From sequence record NC_020851.1: a stretch of 64,000 bases of DNA; one strand, written 5' to 3'. The translations under genes and the position numbers were made by a program. This document shows positions 56,020 to 64,000 of the stretch, in pieces. Numbering within the stretch: position 1 is the stretch's first letter; each line of letters starts with the position of its first letter. The notes beneath the pieces were generated by a model. The model did not search any database, was not told the DNA's origin, and saw nothing but the letters and a program-made list of their open reading frames with translations.

Positions 56020-56706
56020 TTTCCTAATTGCCCTTACTGCTTCAGTTTTCTCTCTTTGTATTTCTCTTCGTTCATTAATACTTAATACAATTTCTTCTTT
56101 ACCAAATTTATTAGAAACTTTTTTAATTACTTTTTTCATAACAGGTCTAATAAGTTTTAAAAGCAAATTTGCTAATGGTCTAGCAACTAATGCACCAGAT
56201 GCCGCAGCAGCAGCAATAACAGTAGTTGATACGACTGCTTCTACTGGAGGTAGGTAATCTACAATATTAATAGTTTCTTCTATTATAGGATCTTCCTTTT
56301 CCTCAGTTCTAATTACAGGTATTTCAGTTTTAGGTATAGTAGGTGGTTTAATTTGCGGTGATTTAAAATCTGTCTCTGGAGGTTTATAAGGAGGGACAGG
56401 TGCTTTTGATGGTTGAAGATAATCTTCAGCATTAAAGTCTATAGGATTAAACGATGGTAATGACCCATCACAAAATGTCAATGTTCCATTTGGATCATCT
56501 TGAAGTAGAGCAGTATTTTTTGGATTGTTCTCCTTATTAGATTCTACACATCCAGGAAGATTAACAATAGGAAAACCAAGTTGAACTGTCACAGGAGGAG
56601 CAGTTGGTATTGATCGTGAGGGTGCTATCACATACTTAGGAATATCCAAAGATCTAATCGGACTTATGGATATTGGTCGTATTTCAATATTAGGAATATT
56701 CTCCAT
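56005..56706 (-). CDS. Pro-rich membrane-anchored hypothetical protein
   Basis: 233 aa with a hydrophobic AAAAASGAL segment. Confidence 0.7.
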   Translation of the reverse strand: MENIPNIEIRPISISPIRSLDIPKYVIAPSRSIPTAPPVTVQLGFPIVNLPGCVESNKENNPKNTALLQDDPNGTLTFCDGSLPSFNPIDFNAEDYLQPSKAPVPPYKPPETDFKSPQIKPPTIPKTEIPVIRTEEKEDPIIEETINIVDYLPPVEAVVSTTVIAAAAASGALVARPLANLLLKLIRPVMKKVIKKVSNKFGKEEIVLSINERREIQREKTEAVRAIRKLRGR

Positions 56707-56837
56707 TAATCATTCTTAAAAATTCCAGCAATACCGGTGAACAAATGATAAAAAATCACATAAAGAAAAAATCTATTCTCAGTATCAGATTTTTTCTTTA
56801 TATTAGACCTCCTTCTCTTTGCATTAGAAACAGACAT
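56706..56837 (-). CDS. Small membrane protein (43 aa)
   Basis: MSVSNAKRRRSNIKKKSDTENRFFLYVIFYHLFTGIAGIFKND. Confidence 0.55.
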   Translation of the reverse strand: MSVSNAKRRRSNIKKKSDTENRFFLYVIFYHLFTGIAGIFKND

Positions 56838-56884
56838 AAGAATTCACATTTACTATTATATATTTAACAAATCTCATAAAGTTT

Positions 56885-57202
56885 TCAGAAAGGCAGTGCT
56901 CCACCCGTCATCGAAGGAACTGATTGTGTAGATTCCGGAAGGACATTACCAGTCATACTAGGCATTTCAGGTAATGAAGAATTAATCATACCAGGAAGTG
57001 CTTCCGTAATTGCTTTAGTAATTTGTTCTGTTGCTTGTTCCTTTACTTGCTCAATCATTGCATCCTTATTAAGATAAAGATATGCTCCGGCACCGACAAT
57101 GGATAGTGTTACAAGTCCTGAGAGTAATGCGATTCCGTTAACTAATTTTTGCATTTTAATTTTACCTTTTTTATAGGCCATGTAATATGTAGACCATAAC
57201 AA
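56885..57202 (-). CDS. Membrane-anchored hypothetical protein; likely start MQKLVNG
   Basis: N-terminal TM helix, Pro-rich tail. Confidence 0.65.
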   Translation of the reverse strand: MLWSTYYMAYKKGKIKMQKLVNGIALLSGLVTLSIVGAGAYLYLNKDAMIEQVKEQATEQITKAITEALPGMINSSLPEMPSMTGNVLPESTQSVPSMTGGALPF

Positions 57203-57239
57203 AGTAAAGTAATAAATCCAAATACGAATAAACCGATCA

Positions 57240-57701
57240 TCATTCTACCAACGTACCATGTTGTCTACGAATTTCTCGTAGTGCCTCTAAGTTCATATCC
57301 TTGGTGCCACCATCATATGCGTGAGCATAACCTTCAGTGATCATTTGCTCGTTAAGGGACACACTGTCGTCCCCAATGTAAAGCCAACCCAGAAGACGCC
57401 CGTATTTGCCAGTGCCACCAACAAGTTCAGTCCTAACAGACAACTCATCATCACCAGCCAAAGTGCCTTCGAGTTTCTCTTTGAGCCAGTTGGTTGCGTC
57501 GATTCCAAGTGCTTTCTCCTCTAAATTTTTGGTCCTCTTCTCTGGCGTATCCACACCCGCTACCCTTACTCTCTCCTTTTTGTATAAGTCAAATCCAAGA
57601 TCAATTGTTATATCCAGCGTATCTCCATCAAGAACACGATTTACCTCCACTACTCTAAAATTGTAACAGGACTTCCTGCTCGGTGGTTTCATAGCACCCA
57701 T
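57240..57701 (-). CDS. Thermonuclease (staphylococcal nuclease) family
   Basis: RVLDGDT, RVRVAGVDTPE, GKYGRLLG, NEQMITEGYA. Confidence 0.92.
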   Translation of the reverse strand: MGAMKPPSRKSCYNFRVVEVNRVLDGDTLDITIDLGFDLYKKERVRVAGVDTPEKRTKNLEEKALGIDATNWLKEKLEGTLAGDDELSVRTELVGGTGKYGRLLGWLYIGDDSVSLNEQMITEGYAHAYDGGTKDMNLEALREIRRQHGTLVE

Positions 57702-57713
57702 AACTATTCCTCA

Positions 57714-58148
57714 TTATTTTTTATTTATTTGGGATTTACTCATCTTTGCTTTACTTTCTTCCGAGTGCTTGGCACCTTTCCTATTAGGTGGTTTTACATT
57801 AGGACTATTTCTTAAAGTTTCCTTATATTCTTCGGACATTTTCTTGCCTTTATTCCAGGGAATTCTTCCTTTTGCGGCAAGACCCATTTTTCTACCAGAT
57901 TCTCTTTGTGCTTCTTTATTCACCCTTCCACTTTTTTTACCTGCTTCACTTAATATTCTTTTGATAATTTCTTCTTTACCTATTTGCCCAGATAATCCTA
58001 ACCAAGCAATCTCATCTTCTTCTTTACCATATTCTTCGTAGAGTTTCTTATGTGCCTCTGCGTGTTCTTCAATAGACAACTCAATAAGATTGGAAGGATC
58101 ATCAGTTCCTCCCATATGTTTAGGAACAATATGGTGAATATGTTTCAT
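57714..58148 (-). CDS. HNH-NUMOD3 homing endonuclease
   Basis: HIHHIVPKHMGGTDDPSNLIELSIEEHAEAH, then GRIPWNKGKKMSEE and KHSEESKAKMS repeats. Confidence 0.88.
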   Translation of the reverse strand: MKHIHHIVPKHMGGTDDPSNLIELSIEEHAEAHKKLYEEYGKEEDEIAWLGLSGQIGKEEIIKRILSEAGKKSGRVNKEAQRESGRKMGLAAKGRIPWNKGKKMSEEYKETLRNSPNVKPPNRKGAKHSEESKAKMSKSQINKK

Positions 58149-58171
58149 ATAAGATGGGAGCAATGATAAAA

Positions 58172-58333
58172 CTATTTATCATTTTCAATGCTCCCATCTC
58201 CTATTTCCTCAAATGCTTCTCCTATTATGTATACAACATAACCTAATGCTAATCCAACAGCAATAAATACTAAAATAATTACCGACCATACAGGATCAGT
58301 AACATTATCAAGTGGACGTAATAATAAATTCAT
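58172..58333 (-). CDS. Small membrane protein (53 aa)
   Basis: MNLLLRPLDNVTDPVWSVIILVF... Confidence 0.6.
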   Translation of the reverse strand: MNLLLRPLDNVTDPVWSVIILVFIAVGLALGYVVYIIGEAFEEIGDGSIENDK

Positions 58334-58336
58334 TTG

Positions 58337-58793
58337 TTATAAAGAATAAGGTGGTTTAGGAGGATCCGTTGGTACAGGTTTAATTATCGTTTCACTATTT
58401 TCAAATCTAATTGGACCTTGCTCAACTCTTATAGTTTGGGAAGGTGCAGTTTGTGCAGCAGAATCAATTAATTTCTGTAAGTCTTCTTTACTAATTCCAC
58501 CACCATTACTATTATTCTCTCCCGATTTTTTTGCTGCCTGTACACCGAAAGTGGCTAAAACACCAGTAAATACTGATGCGATAAAAGTAGGATCAAGTTT
58601 CTGTTCAGGAACACCTAAAGCAGGAGGTAACTTAATATATGCAAGTGTGAGTATTCCACCACTCCATACTAAAATAGCAAGACGAACAAAAGTTGATAAT
58701 ATTTCTAATTGTTCTTCTTTGTCGTCAACAGAATTTTTAATTTTACCAAAAATATTTTATTTTTAAATCTCGATTCTTAACCTCTTCTTCCAT
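58337..58793 (-). CDS. Membrane protein with apparent frameshift(s) near the N-terminus
   Basis: Long open frame (GKIKNSVDDKEEQLEILSTFVRLAILVWSGGILTLAY...) with no start; ATG at 58793 joins it if two A-runs near 58755-58765 are each one base longer. Confidence 0.55.
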
Positions 58794-58816
58794 TAAAAAC
58801 CAGCAGGTTTATATAT

Positions 58817-59047
58817 TTATGGTTTAAGAAGGTCAACTGTGATACTTGTTTTCTCTATTTGATTAAATTTTTGACACAATCTATCACTGGATTCATGTTC
58901 CCATTTATGATAGGTTTTTTGCAATTGTTCTTTATAATCAGAACTATCGCACAGTTTCATTTCTTCGGCAACGATAGTCTTGATTAGTATATCTCTAGTT
59001 AAAGATGTCATACTTGATTTTTTGTTATCCAACAAAGAGTTCACCAT
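58817..59047 (-). CDS. Hypothetical protein
   Basis: ORF track; likely start MTSLTRD. Confidence 0.6.
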   Translation of the reverse strand: MVNSLLDNKKSSMTSLTRDILIKTIVAEEMKLCDSSDYKEQLQKTYHKWEHESSDRLCQKFNQIEKTSITVDLLKP

Positions 59048-59104
59048 TATAACACAAGAGGTTTCACAGAACTCTTCTTGGTAGGTTATCTGTTTAGGAT
59101 GTTA

Positions 59105-59776
59105 TTATTTAGTAATGTAACCTTCCTTAACCAAATACTTACGTGTCAAGGGAGTGGGAGGATACATTTCCCACATTTTACCATTGGCACATGCCATAAG
59201 TGCTTTGGAAGTCATCCCTTCTGTCTTACCTGCCCATGTTGCTTCTTTCTCCCATGGCCATACTGATTCCGGATAAGTGCGCTCTACCATCTCACTCCAC
59301 AACGTAGGCACTTGATCTTCGGGTTTGATAATAGCAATCACGCTATTATCAATAGTACCCGCCATACAATCTTGTGCTGCGTGCCATCCTTCATGACGCA
59401 TGACACTCATCAATACATTCGGACGACCCATAAATTCTTTATTAAGAAAGAAATTATTTCCTACAGTATGATAAACACCACGATGTCCTACAGGAAAATA
59501 TTTTTGATCTGCTAAAAATACCTTAACCCCTATCATCTCAAGAGAATTGAGCATATTATTAAATTCTGTAGCAACAGAATAAAAAGAATCAGTGTTAGAA
59601 TATTGACTAGAAATATCAAGAATATTATAAACTTGTTTTACTTCATCTGTACACTCTCGCAGAAGCATACACCCCATAGAATGCATAGTGAAGTACTCAC
59701 TATCTTTAATCGGATCTGCAGAAACAGGAGTAAATAATGCCGCAGATGCTAATAAACCTGCAATAATTTTTTTCAT
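59105..59776 (-). CDS. Signal-peptide protein with an HExxH zincin-like motif
   Basis: MKKIIAGLL...VSA leader; VMRHEGWHAAQDC. Confidence 0.7.
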   Translation of the reverse strand: MKKIIAGLLASAALFTPVSADPIKDSEYFTMHSMGCMLLRECTDEVKQVYNILDISSQYSNTDSFYSVATEFNNMLNSLEMIGVKVFLADQKYFPVGHRGVYHTVGNNFFLNKEFMGRPNVLMSVMRHEGWHAAQDCMAGTIDNSVIAIIKPEDQVPTLWSEMVERTYPESVWPWEKEATWAGKTEGMTSKALMACANGKMWEMYPPTPLTRKYLVKEGYITK

Positions 59777-60015
59777 TTGTAATATGCCTCAAAATATTTA
59801 ATAATACCATTAGTATTTACATTACCCTGAGATACCCAATCATGAGCACATTCATACATCGATTGATTACTATACTCAGGTAATGATTCTTTTAGTTGAC
59901 TACCATATTTAGTAAGAAGAACTTTAAGTGCCGACTCACGAAGTTTTAACTTCTGTTCACTGTAACGCCAATCTTCAATCATATAAATTGCCCCAAACAA
60001 ATTCCAGATTGCCAA
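59773..60015 (-). CDS. Hypothetical protein; likely start MIEDWRY
   Basis: Coupled to neighbours. Confidence 0.6.
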   Translation of the reverse strand: MAIWNLFGAIYMIEDWRYSEQKLKLRESALKVLLTKYGSQLKESLPEYSNQSMYECAHDWVSQGNVNTNGIIKYFEAYYK

Positions 60016-60335
60016 CCACCAACACCAGTCGGATTCAGTTGTGTAGTAGTTTTACCACTACTTGTAGCAATACGATAGATAGTCTCATGAATATCTTTAG
60101 GTTCTACTATATCATCCTCATGCAGTAATTGCCTTTCGGATACTGCATGTTCATATGCTTCTTTAATAGTCATTTGTTTTTCAGATAAAACAGCCGGACC
60201 AAACCAAGAGTCATCATCCAAATAATCCGGAGCAAGAATTCCTACAAAAGAACCATATCCTTGAGTGAAATGCCCAGAACCACATTCAAATAACGGTGCT
60301 TCTAAGTTATCAATCAAATCTAAAGTCATGCCCAT
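59979..60335 (-). CDS. Hypothetical protein
   Basis: 118-aa acidic ORF. Confidence 0.6.
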   Translation of the reverse strand: MGMTLDLIDNLEAPLFECGSGHFTQGYGSFVGILAPDYLDDDSWFGPAVLSEKQMTIKEAYEHAVSERQLLHEDDIVEPKDIHETIYRIATSSGKTTTQLNPTGVGGWQSGICLGQFI

Positions 60336-60946
60336 ACCATTTTCTTAGTGTAGTCATATGCATAGATTTCCCTATTACCTTTGATACCCCATCCTAACCA
60401 GTAGTATGCAGGTCTCATGTAATAAGATACTGTTTGACCACCACCTTCAAATTGTGGAAGAACTTTTTGAAATATAGGTTCATTAATCATCCAACGAACT
60501 TGACAATCTAATTCACTTGGATTGCAACTATACTTCACTGCAAAGTTTCCAAGTCCTTTATAACGATTGATAGAAGTCCACTGAATCAATCCATAACCAC
60601 CTCTCAAACAATTTTCATAAGTAACACGAGCACCACCTTCACAGATGTTAGAGATGAATTTAGATTCTTGCTGAATGTTTCCCATGATTGTTGCAAGTGC
60701 ATTACGATCAGAGATCTTTGTGTGCTCTTGTAGTGCTGCTAGAACAACTTTTTCATTAGGAGTACAACTAGGACACTTCCAAGTCTCTTCCTCTATAAGA
60801 ATTTCTTCTACAGGTTCTGGTTCTAATTTTACTTTGACTTGTTCAGGTTCTGGTGGGGAAGGGATTGCAAATACACTTGCAAGAACTCCAATTCCAAAAA
60901 GTGATTTAATCATTGTCTCCAAGATATTCAAGTGAGTAGATTTCAT
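60326..60946 (-). CDS. Phage tail-type lysozyme domain protein
   Basis: ALATIMGNIQQES...GGYGLIQWT. Confidence 0.8.
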   Translation of the reverse strand: MKSTHLNILETMIKSLFGIGVLASVFAIPSPPEPEQVKVKLEPEPVEEILIEEETWKCPSCTPNEKVVLAALQEHTKISDRNALATIMGNIQQESKFISNICEGGARVTYENCLRGGYGLIQWTSINRYKGLGNFAVKYSCNPSELDCQVRWMINEPIFQKVLPQFEGGGQTVSYYMRPAYYWLGWGIKGNREIYAYDYTKKMVWA

Positions 60947-61109
60947 GATCCTCGGTATTAGGGTCTAACCATTCGGCAAACTCTGACTGGATCGCATGAG
61001 CATCTTCTACAGATTTTAGCACATCATCTGTCTTCATGTCACAGAGGATGTGCAGTCTGTCAACTGCCCAGTCGTGAGTCACCTGCAGGGTCTTTTCCAA
61101 AGTTTCCAT
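60906..61109 (-). CDS. Hypothetical protein
   Basis: Likely start METLEKT at 61109. Confidence 0.55.
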   Translation of the reverse strand: METLEKTLQVTHDWAVDRLHILCDMKTDDVLKSVEDAHAIQSEFAEWLDPNTEDHEIYSLEYLGDND

Positions 61110-61521
61110 AATCTTTCCGCATGTAACGGCCGAGAATGTTGCTATTATAGTATGCCGGTGCTCCGTTGTCAAGTGCCTCTGATAGCACATTATTTAGAAA
61201 CAACTGCTTGGTCTCCTCAAAGTTACAATCTCCCTTCTTCTCATGAAGACTTAGTATTACTCTACTGAAGAACTCTTTTCCGTATCTTTTTATATCTTCC
61301 TTCAACTCAGGACAAGAACCATAATACTTCTTCCAATCAGATTCTTGTTTTACTTTTCTCTTTTTTCCTGGTGGGGTTCTGAATGACCAAAAGTATTTCC
61401 TTCCAAGGTATTTTCTACCGGTGGTCTTATTGGTAATACAGTAAACAAAACCAAAGTAGTTCCCAATAGCATCAGACTCAAAAGGTTCATTATTGTATAT
61501 CCAAGAATTCTCATAACTCAT
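61060..61521 (-). CDS. GIY-YIG-like endonuclease
   Basis: FGFVYCITNKTTGRKYLGRK...YYGS...E...YYN pattern. Confidence 0.7.
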   Translation of the reverse strand: MSYENSWIYNNEPFESDAIGNYFGFVYCITNKTTGRKYLGRKYFWSFRTPPGKKRKVKQESDWKKYYGSCPELKEDIKRYGKEFFSRVILSLHEKKGDCNFEETKQLFLNNVLSEALDNGAPAYYNSNILGRYMRKDYGNFGKDPAGDSRLGS

Positions 61522-61628
61522 GATATAGTATCTTATGAGCTATTATTTATCTTTAACGGGGACAAACCTAGTCTACATAAAAAAGGAGACTTGTCAAGCC
61601 CCCCTTAGAATATTATGTGAGTTTTATA

Positions 61629-63677
61629 TTACTTTTTTCCACGAGCACGACGGGCAGCAGCTGCAACTTTATCACCCACTTCTTTCTTAGCTCTCAGCAT
61701 TTCTTCTCGATCTGCTTTTGTAAAACGAGCAGTAGGTTTAGAATCAGAATGTCCTGGATTCTCCTTTTCAAATGGAGTCTTCTTTTGCTTCTTGGGTTTC
61801 ACCTCGGGGTGTCCACCATAACGATTTAAGTATTCAATATTAGGTTGTTCACCCTCACTCAATGAGATTTCATCAAGATGCTCACCCCCATTACTTATAG
61901 AGAGGTATGCCTGTCGGAGAGATTCAAGTTCTTCTTTCCTAGTAAGTTTACCAACAGCACGACCGATACCTTTCTGCCTCCTATCAATCTTCTTATCTTT
62001 AGGTGTTTGACCTGGATAACCGATTTCGGCATCTTCAGCATCAGTTGAACCTTGAGAATAGGATCTTTTCTCAACATCCTTAGATGCTTTCTTTACATAA
62101 GAACCCATAGTTCCTTTGGAAAGTTCGTCAAGTTGCTCAAATTCTTCATTCTTAGCACCTGACTTATGACGAACGGTTCCTTTCTCGTCAGTATAAGTTT
62201 CTTTCTCCCTTCTAGGGGTTACATAACCAACACCAGGAACTACACCAGTCTTACCAGCAGCTCTCGCAGCATTTCTATCTGCTGCTCTTTGTGCTGCTCT
62301 CTTACGGTTTTTATCATAAGAACTCATTGCTTCATCAACATTCTCTGACTCCACAAGTGCTTCAATCTCCTTCATAGTAAAGAGACCGGTTGCTTCGAGT
62401 TCTTCTTGACGAAGCGACTTACGACGACGCTTCTCTGCTTGCTTAGGACTTACGGTAGCACCTTTACCTCTGTTTGCGTCTTTATCCCAGTTGGTAGGTG
62501 GAGTATATTCTATCTTACTATTTTTAAACATTGCGATTCTATCACGAACCCCCTGATCACTCTTACCCATTTCATCAATATACTCTTCTTTCTTCATATT
62601 AGCTTCCCTTCTCTTCGCAACATAGTCATGACCAAAGTCTTTTCCCTTGTCGTTAGTGCCTTCACGTTTTCTTTGTGCGGCAAGACGCTTTTCTCTTCTT
62701 GCTTGCATTGCAGCAAGTGAATCTGCTTCATCAAGTTGCTCAGGTTCTTCTTCTTGATGATTACAAACTTGTCTATAAAGTTCTTTGATTGTTGCGAGTT
62801 CTTTGTTGTAATTCATGTCCTCTTTCCTTGCTCTATCTGTAAGTGAATCAGCACCTGCCTTAACTGCACCAGCAGCAGCAGAAACACCTTTTGTAATGCC
62901 TCTGACGACCTTCTTAAGTCCTCTCTTCAGAAGACCATCCTTTCTCTTTCTAGGTGCCGCAGAAGACGATCCACCACCACTAGAAGAACTGGAAGATGGT
63001 CCAGTGCCTGATGATGAAGAACTTCCACTGTCAGAAGAACTAGAAGAACCAGTGCCTGATGATGAAGAACTTCCACTATCAGAAGAAGAACTTGAAGAAC
63101 CTCCACCAGAACCTTGTCTTCCTCTCTCATATCCTTTCTTAGCAGCACTCTTGACTGCACTACCTGCTCTCACTGCAGTTCCTACTGCTCTTGTAGCAAG
63201 ACCTATACCACCTTTTGCTGCCTGACCTACTTTCTTAACTGCACCTTTAATTTGTGAAAGTTTTGATGCTTTCTTTTCGGGAGAAGCACTTCCAACTTTT
63301 TGCTTAGATACTTTGAGTTTTGCTCTAGCAGCTGCTCCAGCATCTCTGTCTGATTTCTGACCTTCTCCAGATGCTGCAGAGGTTTTATCCCTCATTCTCA
63401 TTGCAGCAACTTGTGCAGGATTTGTAACCTCAGTAAGAATTTCTAACTCGGTATCAACCGACTCACAAATCGTTTGCTCTACAATATCAATATCTAATCC
63501 TTCTTCCAAGCACTCTTCAAAGAATTCTGTTACTTGTTCTTCAATATATTCATCTGTAAGATCATCAAGATCTTCATCAGTAAATTCATCTAAAATACTT
63601 TCTGCAATATCAGGAGCATAAACATCCTGATATAAACTTCGAATTAGTCCATAATCAGACTGCGATAAAGATTTCAT
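61629..63677 (-). CDS. Low-complexity late protein, possible internal head protein
   Basis: Charged segments separated by EEFEQLDE/EQLDE/KEELE motifs, a Ser/Gly tract, and TATAAATA at 63706-63713. Confidence 0.7.
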   Translation of the reverse strand: MKSLSQSDYGLIRSLYQDVYAPDIAESILDEFTDEDLDDLTDEYIEEQVTEFFEECLEEGLDIDIVEQTICESVDTELEILTEVTNPAQVAAMRMRDKTSAASGEGQKSDRDAGAAARAKLKVSKQKVGSASPEKKASKLSQIKGAVKKVGQAAKGGIGLATRAVGTAVRAGSAVKSAAKKGYERGRQGSGGGSSSSSSDSGSSSSSGTGSSSSSDSGSSSSSGTGPSSSSSSGGGSSSAAPRKRKDGLLKRGLKKVVRGITKGVSAAAGAVKAGADSLTDRARKEDMNYNKELATIKELYRQVCNHQEEEPEQLDEADSLAAMQARREKRLAAQRKREGTNDKGKDFGHDYVAKRREANMKKEEYIDEMGKSDQGVRDRIAMFKNSKIEYTPPTNWDKDANRGKGATVSPKQAEKRRRKSLRQEELEATGLFTMKEIEALVESENVDEAMSSYDKNRKRAAQRAADRNAARAAGKTGVVPGVGYVTPRREKETYTDEKGTVRHKSGAKNEEFEQLDELSKGTMGSYVKKASKDVEKRSYSQGSTDAEDAEIGYPGQTPKDKKIDRRQKGIGRAVGKLTRKEELESLRQAYLSISNGGEHLDEISLSEGEQPNIEYLNRYGGHPEVKPKKQKKTPFEKENPGHSDSKPTARFTKADREEMLRAKKEVGDKVAAAARRARGKK

Positions 63678-63711
63678 CTTAATTCTAAATTACCCTTTAT
63701 AAGGATATTTA

Positions 63712-63737
63712 TAAAAAAAGGACTCCCTTAGGAGTCC
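63712..63737 (-). terminator. Intrinsic terminator
   Basis: ggactcc-taag-ggagtcc followed by T7. Confidence 0.85.
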
Positions 63738-63854
63738 TTAGTATATGCTTCATAACCATCATAATCACCAAATAGAAAAGCATCGGATTTTGCTGCTTCT
63801 CTATACATCTCTAAAGCATCTTCAGTTTTTACACAGTTGCACTTACAATTTCCT

Positions 63855-64000
63855 TTACAAGGAGAACCCTGCAAATGTATCTTCGGTAACATCTTGTTTG
63901 ATTCCTCCGACGATGTAGGATTCAACTTCTGTCTCCTGAGGAGCAACTTGAAGACCCTTCGACGAAATCCAATGTTCTGTCCAGGGAAGTGGGTTATTCT
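63855..64000 (-). CDS. nrdB: Ribonucleotide reductase beta subunit, 3' end (partial)
   Basis: NNPLPWTEHWISSKGLQVAPQETEVESYIVGGIKQDV...F-S-L-stop. Confidence 0.9.
   Translation of the reverse strand, partial: NNPLPWTEHWISSKGLQVAPQETEVESYIVGGIKQDVTEDTFAGFSL

Noticed and set aside
62960-63115. Ser/Gly microsatellite-like tract
   Set aside because: An in-frame low-complexity linker with two imperfect copies; no evidence of a separate element.

Overview
A 64-kb, AT-rich segment of a T4-like marine cyanomyophage (Synechococcus/Prochlorococcus-type). Almost all genes are on the minus strand. In window order it holds: (1) 1-18.3 kb, a virion/tail-fibre region with a kelch-repeat protein, a 2OG-Fe(II) oxygenase, three LamG proteins, a tail-fibre chaperone and a 1727-aa repeat fibre; (2) 18.3-33.3 kb, auxiliary metabolic genes (purM, purC, psbD, talC, intronless psbA with a PhotoRC-II-like leader, petF, two hli), with free-standing endonuclease genes directly downstream of psbD and psbA; (3) 33.3-48.7 kb, a glycan island (gmd, fcl, GT10/GT25/GT47-like transferases, a methyltransferase, an epimerase) behind a wcaG-like RNA; (4) 48.7-54.1 kb, a degenerate gnd, pstS, a small beta-barrel OMP and ten tRNAs; (5) 54-64 kb, conserved cyanophage genes, SNase, a NUMOD3-HNH gene, a tail lysozyme and the 3' end of nrdB. 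The strongest novelty candidates are a four-gene module in the glycan island (nucleotidyltransferase-RibB fusion, kinase, HAD phosphatase, FSA-like aldolase) that may be an undescribed nucleotide-sugar pathway; a 127-nt tRNA-shaped RNA with its own promoter; a promoter-bounded pseudoknot RNA; and recoded 3' ends of psbD and psbA next to homing endonucleases. Five genes appear broken by short A-runs, most likely from sequencing error. All family assignments come from motif recognition by eye; no searches were run.
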